DNA of 64,000 nt from Patellaria atrata CBS 101060 (GCA_010093705.1 MU006107.1:356031-420030), one strand, 5' to 3'. Positions 12,001 through 26,200 are shown, numbered from the stretch's first letter. Notes: a model not told the origin generated them from the sequence alone. Translations and numbers: made by a program.

Positions 12001-15000
12001 GTAATGAAAAATGTTTCGTACTGATATATCCCTTGGCTTGGGTCGCTCGGTCGAGACTGTCGACCAACAAACTAAGGAGCTTAACAGTAGTCTTCGCAAG
12101 CTCCGGTTTGCTATTCATATATCCAGTGTACCTTCGAAAGATAGCTCTAAATTGTGGCCACTCGAGAGACATTGATAATACGCCTATAGTGTTAACAGCC
12201 TCGGCCGCTAAATTATGCGCACTTGTATCTTCGGCCTGATCGAATATGTAATGTTCGATCAAAGGGATCAAAAAGTGGCTGACATTTTTACTGTGCAAAT
12301 TAGCGGTTTTTGATTCCTTAGCAAGACGTCTGAGAGCTCTTAAACGACGGTGTAGTTGAATGTGGAGAATGTTGGTGAAGAAAGAGGCTTCATCATCCCC
12401 ATCAACGAGAAGTGGGCGCATATCACTAACTGTTTCCCAGGTAGGTAAATGTTGAACCGCATGGTTAACTATCGACAAGTATTCCACTCTTACAAGTTCG
12501 GGTTGGTGCCGTACTCCCTCATAGATTCCAGTCAGAACGACTTGATCAAGAAGCTCTTGGCGTTGCTTGAGCTCGTTATCACCGTCGAAACAGCTAGTTT
12601 CGACGAATCGACGTAAAGAGAACGATGCATTAGTACGGATGACTAGCTCTTCCGTGTCCTTGATGAAAAACAACATGTTAAAGAGTATCGGCCGCCATGA
12701 CTCCATCGATAGTGTAGGATATAAGTCTTCGTTTATCAGGTTGAAGGCTTTTGAGCGGCCATCAAAGTCAGGCTCATCAAGTCTTGTCTTGGAATAGGAG
12801 TTCAGAGCAGTACACAATTGGGCGGCTTGAGAGAGTTCCTCGTTCTTCTGTGCTAGTGCTTCGAGAACACCGCAAAGGAGTTCGCGGCCAAACCGATCCT
12901 GGAAAGAAGCAAACAGTGGAGTGCATGCTTTATACACTTCGACTAGTAGTATATTTTGGGATTTAGGATGGCAAATTGGAATAAAATGCCCGAGTACTTG
13001 TAAGAGATTGATCTTTGTTTTTACACTGACCCTGTTTACTGGTTGTTGTAATAGATATGCAGCAATATCTACGAGGTTATAAACCCCGTCTGTCTCCTGA
13101 ACGAAAGACGCGAGCTCGGATACAACCTCGATAGCAGCCTCGAGAATGTCTTTACTCGGACTCTTGCGTAATAAGGATCCAATGTGAGTCAGCACATGGT
13201 TGGTGTGCTGTGGTAGAATGCTCGTTCGAATATATTCCCACTGATCGTTTTGTGATAAATTGGAACTTGAGTCTAACCCAGCTATTCTGGCAAGATTTAT
13301 CAGTATGTTATTGATTACGAAGAGTTTAACTTCATCCTTCGCAGAAGGGACATCCAGACAATTAACAACTGTAGGTAGAATCTTATTGTTCACACTGTTT
13401 AAGAACGGTGCTAGATGCAACGTGGTGCTCCATATTGAGAACATGCGAAGGATCCCGGAGACAGATTGTGCTGTTTCCACTGGTAAAGTCTCTAATCTCG
13501 GATTAACAAGCTGCTCCAGAATTTCTGGAATGTACTTGTCCCATTCGAATTTCGGATTATTGCTGAATAGTGAATTTAAGCAGCGATAACCGACTTGACG
13601 GATAGATCTATGTAAGGACTCAGATTGTAGATCGTTGTTCTGGTTCGGTACCGACGACGGAGTAAGTCTACTGTTGGACTGAAAGAGACACAAGAGAACC
13701 GCACCGATTATATTATCAGTAAAAGGATTGAGCTCAACCCCTAGAGTTTCAAGCATGTCTTCTAACATGTTTAAAAGCCCGAGTTGCTTTCTTGTATCCA
13801 ACAATCCATGTCTTGTCAGATCGCGGTTGTTTTCTATCGGGAGTCCGTATAAGGTTCCCATTGCAATCTTCAAGAACTCGTTCATATCTTTTGACCCTAG
13901 TCTCGACAAAGCAATGAAGACAGCTTTACGCTTACTCTCTTGCCCTCGTTTCCCGCTAGCTGAACCGGCGCGTGTAATAACCTTGCCGTAGAGCAGTCGA
14001 AGTAAAACAGGCATAAGTTGAGAGCGGTCTTCATCCTGTAGGCTACTATCATCATGACCAAGATCAAGGAAGACCGAGACCTGGTCTCTGAATCTTACAT
14101 CGTCAAGTAGATTGAACAAATTTTCCTCATATCGATTGATAGAATCAATTTTCCATGTCAAGATTGCTTTCAGAGCTACTCGTTGGATTTCAACATCTCC
14201 ATTAGACAGGAGAGAAAGAAGAGCCGAAAAGACTTCGTCGGACTTGAAAAGAGCGCGTGGATTTACAAACTGTACAAAGAGGGATAGCATTGACTTCTGG
14301 TCTTTCCGCGTCCACCGAGAATTGTGCTCATTGGGGGAATTATACGCATCTACATCTCCCGCATCTAGAGCTTGCGGAACTGGGAGGTTTTGGCTGTCTG
14401 ATAATGCCCAATCAAGTAGTACTGGAACTAGCATGCGAGACCTTTTTTCCGCAATTTGTGGAATCGCATTGAGTACTCTGAGACCTTGTGTTCGACAATT
14501 GGAGTTTGTTGACGGCACTCTGGCGTGCTCCTTTTCGAATTGATATTGAAGGGTATCAAGAGCGGATACAGTTGACAATATACTTTGCTGGATAATTGTC
14601 TGGTCTTTCAAGAGATTGGTGCACTGGAATTCCGTCGTGAAACTCTTCATAAAGCTCTTTGAATCAGGGTCTAGAGGGGTTTTGATAGCTTGAGGATTTT
14701 GGGATTGTTCGATGTCACCTCCCTCTCGAATCCAGTCAAAAACGATATCAGTTACTATTAGTTCACCTTCTTTAGTCAAACAAATTTCTTTGAGTGCTGC
14801 GCAAGCATCTTCCCAAATCTGGGAAAGCTTAACGTGGAGTAGACCGAAACAATAACTGACCACCGCTTTGGCAAGCAAATTGTTCGATAAGATGTTCCTG
14901 TAGTCGCTCGATAACTTTCGGATGTACATCGACAAAGATCTTAAATTCTGAACGTCGAAAGAAAGATTCTCGATGATTATGGCCGTTAGGACAACTTCGG

Positions 15001-17037
15001 ATACTTCACCCTGGGTCAACCGCATGACGGAAGCGAAAGTGTTGAGGCACTGAGAACGTAGTATATGCGACGAGCTGCAGAGTCCTCGGAAAATGTAGGG
15101 CAAAATACGTTCTAAATTTACGGGAGCGTGACGAGGGCCTTCCTCATGTTGCTTGATACTCTCTTGTACGACCTCCCAGAACAATGGCATATTCCAAAGT
15201 AGGTCACAATGTCGACATATTATATCCCAATAAGAACTCTCAAGTAAACATCGCGGATGTGTCTGTGATGCATATCTCATCCCGTTGCCGAAGATGAACG
15301 CAGTTGCTGGAGACATGGTAATGGTCTTGGAGGTCTCACTATTTGAGAGACAATCAAGTAGTATGGCACGGACAGAATCTTGGGGTTCAGATTCTACAGA
15401 AACGTTTCTAAAGACTTTGAGAAGACCATCGCAGAGATAAGTGTGGTGTTCTAATCTCTCGCCGGAAGACCACTCCTGAAATACCTGGATTATATGAGCT
15501 TGCCAGGATGCGGGACACGTAATTTTCGTCTTAGATGGGTGATCGAGTCCAGATAATTTAGGGACCAAGATGCAAAGTTTTTCTATGTTGTCTTGCCAAT
15601 GGCGAACAATGAACCTGTAAATGATATTAGCAGAGAGCTAGATAATTTGTAAGTTCGGTCTCACCTTTGAAAATACGAGAGAACTAATCTATCGAATCTG
15701 TCTCTGTCTAGCTCCGCAAACGCATTACAAAAGCTCAAGAATTCATCCCCCCAAGGACATTTAGCAATATTCTCGACTACGCGAATGTGTAAGAGAGCTA
15801 GGTCGAGAGGTCCATAGTGAAAGACTGAAGCTACTGCCGATACAACAGAAGAAGAAAGCGAAGCGTCATTGCTTCTAAGCATTTCACCCACAATGTTCAC
15901 AAGTTCAGAGGTTATTTCGAAGACGAGCGACCAGTCTTCAAGACGGGTACCTTTCCTAACACTGCTCATTACCAGAATGATTCTGGTGGCAATAGCAGCG
16001 CGTGAACCACTTTTAGTAGAAATCAACAGACCTATCTCAGTAAGAAGCACTTCAGCTAGTTGTTTGAAAGTCTTCGAATCCGTATGGTGGATTACTGCAA
16101 TTAGAATGCCCCGTACAACTTCTTCATCGAGGCTTTCTTTAGGCACTTGAGACGGCTCGACATCATCCCGAAAAATGTAATTTATGAGTACACTTAGAAT
16201 CGCGGGTCCTGCGGAATGAACTCCTTTACCTACTCCTTTGATCGAATCCGCGAATAGAGTCATTATTCCTTGTTGATATTGATAGGTATCGCTGTTATCA
16301 GATGTGCCCTCTAAGTCTTGAAAGACATGAGTAACAATACGCTCAAGCGGAGCTTTGTCGCGGTGATATATAGATCCCGCCTTACGGATCAGAAAACTTA
16401 GTGCTTCAGCTGCGAAGCGTGTAATGAAAGACTTCTGGCGTGATTTGCCTAGGAGTGGGGCCACTAAGTCATACACTGGCCGTAGATCTGGAACGAGGAG
16501 TCGTGATAGATACTTGAAAAGCCAGGCTAAACAAGTAAAGCTCCATTCTATAACTTCGACATCCGGATGTTCTGCGGCGACATGCGACACAGTCGAGACG
16601 ACCCTTGAGAAATGTTTCTCAAACGTCGCGCCGAGATCGTGGGCAAAGTGTGAGACTAAACTCAGAAGAGGTTCCAAAGAATAACTATCTGCTTTTTCAA
16701 TGTATTCTACAAGCAGGTCTGCTATGCGATCACCGTAGTGCAATATCTGAGGCAAACTTTCGCATAGTGGGTGAACGGTACGGGAAAAAGCAGTGTAGTT
16801 TTCGGAAAGGTTCAGCTCGTCCCAGTCTACTAAGGAACTTTTGAAATACGAAGTGGTTGTGGAAAGACCCTCGCTGGCGAAATCGTAGCGACGTGTTCGG
16901 CGAATTGGGTCGATATTGAGCTTTGCGATGCGTTTGGTGAACGATTCGAAGTGATGTTTTCTAGATGGCTGTGTGTCCCCCTTCGATCTAAAAATCGAAG
17001 TTTGGTTCTCAATCCGACCTCTTGACATTGCAGGCAT
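9080..17037 (-). CDS. UTP20: U3 snoRNP/SSU processome HEAT-repeat protein Utp20; exons 17037-15665 and 15614-9080 (~2635 aa)
   Basis: N-terminal HHFESFTKRIAKLNIDP, W-ELNLSENY, DRIM-type region, LLRGYQLHVLSFTVH, KMKEVKSSKSYDS, basic C-terminus; a 50-nt GT-AG intron joins the two ORFs in frame. Confidence 0.95.
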
Positions 17038-17112
17038 TGTGAAGTCACATCTAGCAAGCCGTGTTCTTGTCCTGCAAAAAGTTTCTCAGTGTCAGTTTAC
17101 ATCGAAAGATGC

Positions 17113-17146
17113 TATGCCAAGCCCAGAAAAAAGTTGGCTTGGCATA
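17113..17146. promoter_or_regulatory. Inverted pair of TATGCCAAGCC flanking an RRPE-like GAAAAAAGTT in the UTP20/DRN1 bidirectional promoter
   Basis: TATGCCAAGCC at 17113-17123 and its reverse complement at 17136-17146; the same 11-mer recurs at 38984-38994. Confidence 0.55.
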
Positions 17147-17334
17147 AGTTATAGTTGATTGATTACCTAAGACGCTCTATTCCCGTCCTGCACACGCCAC
17201 CCGACTTTCGACCCAGCCGAAAATTACCCTACCCTTTACCTCCAGACCTTTTTATTTACCACCGGTTCAACCCATTCATTGGTGATTGCGAAGACACCCA
17301 TTAGATAGCAATCACACGCGTTCAAGGAGTCAAG

Positions 17335-19378
17335 ATGCCTGCAGAAGAGATTGAAGCACGAAAAGACACGAGAATGTAAGTAGAACTCCCTTAACACTTG
17401 ATTGTCTTCTCTGGTTGGTCTGCTGTGTATTGACCGCTGAGGTGGTGATTTGCATTTACAATTACGAGTTACAAGTTACCTACCTTACCATACCTTAGGT
17501 ACTGTACCAACATGTAATACCCTTCGAAGTAAGGTATACCTTAGGACAAAGCTACGTTCCAAGCAATCCTATTCAATGTTACAGTTAGGTTGCTACGGAT
17601 ACTGTGAGAAATACATATCCAGTCCTTAAACACTTCCTACTCCGGATGACTATCATTACGAAAGGACTCAGGTTAACCAGTAGTGATTCACAAGCTGCAC
17701 CTCTTGCGATATACTGATCTTGCTTCGAATTTAAAGAGTTTTCTGACAGCTTTGTAGACTCGTAATTGGTAAAGTTCAGGGCAAAATTCGCCCTCTGTTT
17801 GAGAAAATATCACAGTACAGGAACAAAATTGATCTTGTCTTCATCCTCGGCGACCTGTTCGATTCTAAAACCAGCTTTAGACAAGACACAATCGACGATG
17901 TAGATGCTCTCATAGATGGAAATATCACTGTTGATATCATGACCTACGTCGTGGTCGGTGATTCACCTCTTCCTCCAAAGGTCCTCCAAATAGTCGAATC
18001 CTCAGCAGGACAGCTCGCTTCTAATTTGGTTTTTCTACCGAAGCGATGTTTCCTCAAGATCAGTGCAGACGGTTTAACAGTTGTAGTCTTGGGTGGTCGT
18101 CTCAACCCCAAAACCGTAGGGAAAATGGCGAACAACTATACGCCGTACTATAGTTATGACGATGCAAGAACTTTGAAAGGAGAAAGAAATGTAGACATTC
18201 TAATCACAAATGACTGGCCTGCTGCGATCCTTACACGCTCCGTGTATCAATCCGTGGAAATCGACATCAAAGAACAAGAGTGCATAGCGGACTTATGCTC
18301 ATCACTAAAGCCACGCTATCATTTTTCGAGCTCAGATGCGTTTTATCAGCGTGAGCCGTTTGTGCATAGCGACAGTGTCAGCGAAAACACGGAGTATTGG
18401 ATGACTCATTTTATCAGTCTTGCGGATTTCCAAAACGAAGCGGGGGAAAGATCGAGTTTTGCTTTTGTGCATAAGCCGGCCAATGCAGGACCGGTTCTTC
18501 TATCGACCATATCTCAGACTGCAACATCATCACCACTGTCTCTTGTTGGCAGTAAGAGGAAAGCTGGAGCTTCCCAAGAATCATCTCATCGTTTCGCGAC
18601 TGAGACTCGTCATGATAGAAGAGCCAACAAACGCCAGAAAGTACCACCGGTAACTACGGATACTTGCTTTCTCTGCATCGCCAGCCCACGTGCTGATACA
18701 CATCTGATCGTATCGGTCGGAGACCAGGTGTACCTTACCCTAGCGAAAGGACCTCTGATAACCCGAAAAGCATTTCCCTTGCTCCACTTCCCTTCACATA
18801 TGCTACTAATCCCCCTTGGTCATTCTCCTAGTATAGCAGCAATGTCTCCGGATGACCGAAAGGTAGTGTACCTCGAAATGCAAAATTATCGGAGAGCGCT
18901 TCAAAAGATGATTGCCATCAAATCTAATTCACAGTTCGGCGCGATAACTTGGGAAATAAGTCGTACTACGGGGATACATGCGCACTGGCAGTTTCTGCCA
19001 GTCCCAGTTGAACATATTCGAGGAGGAACACTAGAGGCCGCGTTCAAAACTCAAGGCGAAATGGACCGTTATCCAAAGTTTCAGATCAGAGATGTGGGAG
19101 ATGGCTCTGAGGAGCATACTGACTTCTTCAGAGTTCTCATTTGGCATCGGGATGATTCAGGTACAGATTCGGAGCGCTCACTTATCTTGCCATTGGATGG
19201 ATCCTTTCGATTTGACCTTCAGTTTGGCAGGAAAGTCATGGCAAAGCTGTTGAATCTGTATGACCGGGCAGATTGGAAAGAGTGCGAACAGACGAAGTCT
19301 GAGGAAGATGCGGATGCGGACGCGTTCAAGGCCGCATTCGAACCATTCGAGGCCTCGTTGGCGGAAGAATCCGCGTAA
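17335..19378 (+). CDS. DRN1: Cwf19-like/Drn1 protein (pseudo-metallophosphoesterase plus CwfJ C-terminal domain); exons 17335-17375 and 17758-19378 (553 aa)
   Basis: ILVIG...FILGDLF, VDILITNDWP, LKPRYHF, FYQREPF, CFLC, YLTLAKGPL, HAHWQFLPVP, FDLQFGRKV; 382-nt GTAAGT...CTGAC...GTAG intron. Confidence 0.88.
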
Positions 19379-20654
19379 GAGTGATGGCTACTCCTTCACC
19401 TATGAAGGTTTTCCCATATTGCCATGGTGAGTAGGATCTCATCCATTTTTACCCGAGGGCCCCAATTTGCTTATTGTACTATACCCCTTGCTGCTTGATT
19501 TCCACTCTGTTTACCGACGTCCAGCTGCTTCAATGTTAATTCTTCTACAGCCTCCAGTCGCTCTCATAGTAGACGGACTTTTCTGATGTTTGCACACGAC
19601 TGCTCTTTTCTCATGTAAAATAGTTTCGCTCACGACTTTCTTACACGCACAATCGCTCCGCCTAGTGTCTTATGGTGCAACTAATGTAGTACACTTACGA
19701 AGGGATGGAATGTATCTGTCACGTGCAAAAGCCGGCAGTAGCATTACGAGCACTTCACTGCAGTAGTTCCAAATGGAATCCTTGGTTGATCAAACTTCTC
19801 GTGTCTGCAAGCTCATCTGTTGGGCGACGGTCTCGTACAAAGTAGGACGAAAGGACTTTTCGGGCCAAGGGGATGTGGGGTTCCAAAAAAGTGGTGATCA
19901 ATACCTTATTAATAATTCTCAAGTACGAGATGGAAGATGCGCCACTACCATTCCTAAAACGAGAAAGAGATTCTGTCTAGGTTACTTTCCCCCGCCATCA
20001 TGGGATGTACAAGTAAGGTATTGAGGCTGACGTTATTATGTCTCTCAAAGCGGGGCTCTCAAATTTTCCGAAAGCAGGTACGCGGGCTTACATTCCGATA
20101 TCCCAGAAACGTTCTACTTCTTACTATTCATTACCTTAAGGCACCTAGCGCACACTTTTATTTTGGATGTTCTATATCTGTTGCCGCAGCTATACGTAGA
20201 ACTACTGTAGGCCTACCTTTTAAAGCCCACAACCACCTTACTCAAATCCTATTGTATCTCCACCAGCTCCTTGGTCGGATTCGCTCTTTCCCTTATCCCA
20301 AGAGATGCTAAGGCAGGTAGGTTCTATTGATTAGAACTAGTCTTTGTTGATCCTTCCTCGGGGATGCGCTTTCCCGATGCTGATCATCAGTGACTTCCCG
20401 TTCGATGCAGCCACTGGTTGCATTCTACCTATATACGTCAGCACCAGAAACCCACCACCACTCGTGCCACTCTCTTACTACCTTACCTCAATAAATTCCT
20501 TCAAATCTTCAATCCAACTTTTTTCTCCATTGATTCTTCTGTCTTCGCCTCTTCACCTTTTCCTGACACAATTTTTATGATCCCTTTTGATCTCCTGTTA
20601 TTTCTTTAATCCTCACTATCACATCATAAAGACGCCCCCTTAGTCACCTTGCAC

Positions 20655-22373
20655 ATGATGCTGACCTCAACTGTTTTTGGCCTCACCGCCGCATTTTCTC
20701 TCTCCTCCGCTCAGGTTCAAAAGGGCTTTAATTACGGCAATCGGTTATCGAATGGTGGCATCAAAGTTCAGGCTGACTTCGAGAATGAATTCAACACGGC
20801 CAAAAATTTTGCCGGAAACTCTGGGTTCACAAGTGCACGTCTCTTTACCACAATTCAAGGCGGAACGACGAATGATCCTATTGCTGCTATCCCTGCTGCC
20901 ATTGCTACCAGGACGACCCTCCTTTTAGGTCTGTGGGCATCTGCTGGATCTACAATTATAGACAACGAGATAGCTGCTCTAGTGAGAGCCATCAATCAAT
21001 ACGGTACAGCTTTCACAGATCTCATCGTCGGTATTTCGGTAGGCAGCGAAGATTTGTACCGTATCTCACCAACCGGCATCGAGAACGGTTCCGACCCCGG
21101 TGCTGATCCGAATGTGATTGTGGACTACATCAACCGTGTTCGCGCTGCCGTCGCCAACACCGCTGCAAAAGGTAAACCAGTCGGCCACGTCGACACGTGG
21201 ACTGCATGGGTAAATGGATCCAACAAGGCTGTTATTGCTGCAAGCGACTTTCTAGGTGTTGACGCCTACCCCTATTTTCAGAACACAATGGCAAATGGTA
21301 TCGAAAACGGTAAAGCTCTTTTCCATTCAGCTCACGACCAAACAATAGCAGCGTCCGGTGGCAAACCTGTGTGGGTAACAGAGACTGGTTGGCCGGTTAG
21401 TGGGAAGACTGAGAACCTTGCTGTTCCCAGTACTGCCAACGCAAAGACGTATTGGGATCAGGTCGGTTGCAGTTTATTTGGAAAAGTCAACACCTGGTGG
21501 TACATTCTCCAGGATGCTCTCCCAGATACTCCTAATCCGAGCTTTGGTCTAATCGGGTCCTCGAACCCGAATCCTCTGTTCGATCTTGGCTGTCCTGCGG
21601 TAAGTATCTCGTCATTGGCCGTTTCCAGCGCCACTCCAAACTCAGCTTCGTCTAAACAACTCAGTAATCCCAACTCAACGCCCCTCCCATCGCCCGTCCA
21701 TATAGTTGCAACTACTGGTACTCACATGGGATATCACTCGTTTACATCTGTATCCGCTATTCCACCTATTGTCCCTTACCCACCTTCGAGCACTAGATCA
21801 CTTACCGTTACTACCTTACAAACACTTGTCGCCCCTTCGAATTATCCCTCCCCCGGCAGCAATCTCCCTTTCAACTACAGCGGCTGTGCTATGGAACTTT
21901 CCAAGGAGTTCGAATTTCCTCACTTGATTCTTCCAGTCGATAGAGCGAACCCTGAGATAGCATTTGGTTCCAGCTATATTACACATTTCTCGCCGGATGT
22001 CTCCACGTTGTTTACTTTCGATATTCCACCAACATTTTCGGGAAAATCGTGTTCTCTGGAATTCCATTTACCGTCAACGGAGCAAGTTAACCCAGCGAAC
22101 CTTGCTCTAAGCGGGAGTGGAGGTATCAAGGTCTCACAGCTTACGTATCCAGCCACGGAATCCATGGCATACAACAACATACCAGCAGTCGATCACGAAG
22201 TGGGAAGGATTGATTTGGTACCTGGACATGTCTATCAGATTGCCAGTTTTCCGTGCAACCCCAGTAGCCGTGTAGGGTATCGAGTCGATGCTACGGGTAC
22301 CTTGGATCTGGAATATTTCCACCACTGTGGACATGGCCACCTTGCCCTGGGTTTGTATATTACCGAGTCCTGA
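20655..22373 (+). CDS. Secreted GH17 beta-1,3-glucanase/glucanosyltransferase (EglC-like) fused to a C-terminal But2-like domain
   Basis: Signal peptide; [43 protein letters not shown]-terminal [11 protein letters not shown]...STLFTFDIP...CSLEFHLP typical of the But2 C-terminal domain. Confidence 0.88.
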   Translation: MMLTSTVFGLTAAFSLSSAQVQKGFNYGNRLSNGGIKVQADFENEFNTAKNFAGNSGFTSARLFTTIQGGTTNDPIAAIPAAIATRTTLLLGLWASAGSTIIDNEIAALVRAINQYGTAFTDLIVGISVGSEDLYRISPTGIENGSDPGADPNVIVDYINRVRAAVANTAAKGKPVGHVDTWTAWVNGSNKAVIAASDFLGVDAYPYFQNTMANGIENGKALFHSAHDQTIAASGGKPVWVTETGWPVSGKTENLAVPSTANAKTYWDQVGCSLFGKVNTWWYILQDALPDTPNPSFGLIGSSNPNPLFDLGCPAVSISSLAVSSATPNSASSKQLSNPNSTPLPSPVHIVATTGTHMGYHSFTSVSAIPPIVPYPPSSTRSLTVTTLQTLVAPSNYPSPGSNLPFNYSGCAMELSKEFEFPHLILPVDRANPEIAFGSSYITHFSPDVSTLFTFDIPPTFSGKSCSLEFHLPSTEQVNPANLALSGSGGIKVSQLTYPATESMAYNNIPAVDHEVGRIDLVPGHVYQIASFPCNPSSRVGYRVDATGTLDLEYFHHCGHGHLALGLYITES

Positions 22374-23217
22374 TTCTCTGTTTTTCTTTTTAACACATGT
22401 ATTTTGGTTCTGCATAGCGAGGCGAGTAAAGAGAACGGTACGGCTACAATGTGATCGCGCATGGAGGGGCTAAGGGCGTTTTCTGTAAAACACAATTTGT
22501 ACGCATGGATTGGGATCCGGGGGCTAAACACTTTGGAGGGGGCAATCATCATACGAGTAATGATCAAGGTTATTGCTACTGATATATGATTAAAATTCTT
22601 CTTGCATTCATAACAATGACTATTCCACCAGCTCAGTTCTCACAGTTGATTACCTGTACTGTACAGTTGCAAACTGTTATGTGGCGTGTAGTCATCGATA
22701 CAGCTCAGGCCGGATGGTTACACTGTACAACTCACAACTTATACATCTGACAATTAAACTTTTCAAAACCTTTAAGTTTCCTATTATCTCTGCTGTGTAA
22801 TAGACGGATGGTGTTGTCCTCCCTACTCATCTTCCATTACGAACAAATATGTCACATTCCAAAGGATACAGATCACAAACTCACATCTCAGCAATGAATT
22901 AAAAACCATCCATTTTTCTAGCAACCCAATAAATATACTCCAAACCATCCATCAAAGACGAACTCAGCAGGTCATGAACATCGCTCGCACGCTCAGAACG
23001 CAACGCTACTTACACCAGGAGAAGAGTCATTCTCGTAACCAAAGAAAGAGAAGAAGAGGGAGAAAGACGTAATACACCTGATAGAGAATTTCCCATCGAT
23101 AAATCCATACCTAGAATCAATTTGCCGAATAATTCCATACTCCATATTGCTACCCCCTTACACCGAACCTCCATTCCAAATTACCAAGTCCTATACAACA
23201 GTACCCTCGATCGAAAC

Positions 23218-26200
23218 TCATCCTCGACTGACGACAGATCCCTCTTCGGCCTGACGTCGGAAATAGTCCGCTTCGCTCTCGTTGCCTACGATCGCAGTCG
23301 GCAGATCGGAGCCCAAGGCACTATCGCTCGGTGCAGCGAAGACCATCTTCCCAGTCTCCGCCGTCAAGGGGATCATGGTCGTATCGCCCTCAGCGCCTTG
23401 ATGTTCGCTGTGGACGTCTTCCTCATGCTCAGCACCGCTATCCTCACCCTCACTCTCTTCATCAATAGTATTCTCGAGATTGCTCCTGATAGTACTGCCA
23501 TAACTAGTCCTACGGTCAATATCCGTACCCGTGATATAGTTGCTAGTACCATATGTCAAATCGCTATCCGTGACCCCGTAGCTTCTCCGTCCATCCACAC
23601 TTGGCGTGATGCCTTCACTGAGCTCTGAGATGAAGCTACTTGTGGTAGGAGCGTAGCTGTGGCGCCTCTCGGTGCCTGCTTGACTGTTGTCGTCCTCAGA
23701 TTCTTCCCCTAGGGTCATATTCTCCTTGTCGTGATCGGATTTGCCTCTCTTGGCGTCCGAGACGCTGCGGCGGACCGTGCCCCATGTGGGTTTGGGCAAG
23801 TGGTTAGTCTTCACAGAGTGCGAGCGCTTGATGTTGCTGACCGCACCTTTGGGGGAACCGGACAGGGAGCTGTGTCCGCCTGTAGGAACGTTGTGCGTGA
23901 TTTGGCTAAGCGAGAGGATGCGACGGTTGGCCGGATTGGACTGTTGCGCGTTGTTGCGTCGAGGTTGGGGTCGGTTATTCAGGGCTATGTTTAGGCCTTT
24001 GGTGGCAGCGTCTTGACCGGGTAGTGGCCCGATGGTGCTATGAGACGCATTACTTGAGGCCCGTTGAAAGGGGATGGATGGCTTGGGAACTCCTTTTGCC
24101 GCCTTGTTGAGTAGCAGGGCGCGAGATTGGTTCATGATACCTTCCATGATCCGGCGTTCCAGGGCATCAGCTTTGGCATCCATGATTTGGAGCTCCTCGC
24201 GTCGGATGTCCAAGGCAGTGTGGAGCGAAGAGACATCAGCCGCCAGACGAGACTTCTGAGTATATAGAGCTTCACGTTCCACCTTCATGGATTCAATGGC
24301 CGCACGAAGCGACTCTTTCTCATCATTGAGACCGCGAACTTCAGCTTCTAGCTGCTCCTTTTGTGCGGTTCGACGTTCAACAAGTAGGGCAATTTCTTCG
24401 GCCTCGCGCTCTTTGCTTTCATGGCCTTCGGTAATTAGCTGAGTTTGACTGGTGACGAAGTTGGACACTTCGGCTGCTGTAGCCATCACCTGCTTATGGA
24501 TCTGGTCCAGACGTTCCAAAGAGGTGACCATTTTGACGGACTCCCTACTTTGGTCCATGAGCTTGTCAAGCTTCTCATGGATTTTAGTATCATCAATTGG
24601 TGGAGGAGCTTCCACGGCCGGGGGCGGAGGCGGTAGCAGTGCTGGAAGGGCCGAAAAGCTCTTTTTGATCTCCTCGACTCGCGCTTTAGACTCTTCAGCG
24701 GTAATTCGGGCTTGCTCTCGAACCGTTTCTTGCTCTTTCTGCGCATGTTCATAGTGCTGATTGACCAAAGCAAGAACCTCCCTCAGTGTAACCATTATCT
24801 TGGGGTGAGCCTCAGTTATATCGCCGTGAACCGCGCCGACAGCATCGAGGACCTTGACAATCTCATCGCGAGTGAGTTGATGTTCTACCTTGGACTCACC
24901 ATGATTGACATCCATCTTAGCAAGAGTATCGTCAAGTCGTGAGAAAACACCCTGAGAGTCTTCTGATATTTTCTCCGTGGTTTCCGTAAATGAGGTGCCC
25001 AGACCTGCTATCGAGCTCCCAAGTGTGTCGATTGTAAGTTTGAGATCCTCAGCCATGGCCTTCGTGCTGCTTAGAAGTTCCTCGTGAGATGCGGATTTCT
25101 CTTCAATCGCACGAGCCTGCGCATCAGCAGCCAAAAGAGCGTCATCATACTTCATCATGATGGCATCGAACTTCTCTTCCAACTTTTGTGACAGTTCGCC
25201 GATTAGGGTAGCTTTGATTTCATCATGTTTTTCGAATAATCTTGTCGACTTCTCGTCCTGTTCGGTCCTGAGGCCCTCGAAAGTACCATGTGCACGTTCG
25301 AATTCACGGGAGACAAGTTCCATGAGCTCTTTGATATCAGAATTGACACTACTAGTAGCATCAATAGTATCATCAAGGCGTTTAACTGCATCAAGAACCG
25401 CAGTAGTCTCCAGTGTTCCGTCCTCAATTTTGGTCTTGAGCTCGTCCTTGACTTCATCCACGAACGCACGTAGCCTGAAAATACCCTCTTGAGTATCTTC
25501 TGCTTCCTTCTTGCGATCGTCGAACGCCTTTGCTGTGACAGCGATATCCGCCTCATAGCTATCCTTCATCTTGTCATGACTTTCGCGGAAATCATGAATT
25601 AGGCCTATGATTTGCTCGATGTCTGCCTTAGCGATAGTCGTTTCAGGATCGGGGGTTTCCAATTTCTGCTTGATCTCTGTACAAAGAACCCCGAGGATAT
25701 CAAGATCAATCTTGGAGATCTTAGTAGCTTCATCTTCAACTGGAATCAAGACTTTCAACTCGTCAAGTGCCGTCTTCATATCACCCACAAGAACCTCAAC
25801 AACTGCAATATCTTCTTTGGAAGCAGACTTCTCCTCCAGTCGAGCACCAAGCCCTTCGAGGGTCTCGTTTGTCGTTCTAACGAGCGCTTCGATTGCATCA
25901 ATTTGTTCCTGGCTAAGAGTCGAGGGTGCCGGTAGATTAAGTTCGTCGATTTGTGCCTTTGTATTTCGTAGCAATGTCTCAATAGCGTCTGTATCTTCTT
26001 TTGTGGCTACATTTGGATCATTCTCACGTTCTTGGATAGTAATATTCGCAACATTCACTTGTAGATCCTTTAGCATATCCTCAATTATGAGGAGATCATC
26101 TTTCGTAACTGTGCTAGTTGGAGGTTCGGAGGGAGGGTCGACTACTGTTGGAGGGATCTGAATGTTGACGTTCAACGCCTCGACCTTTGTTTGGATCTGC

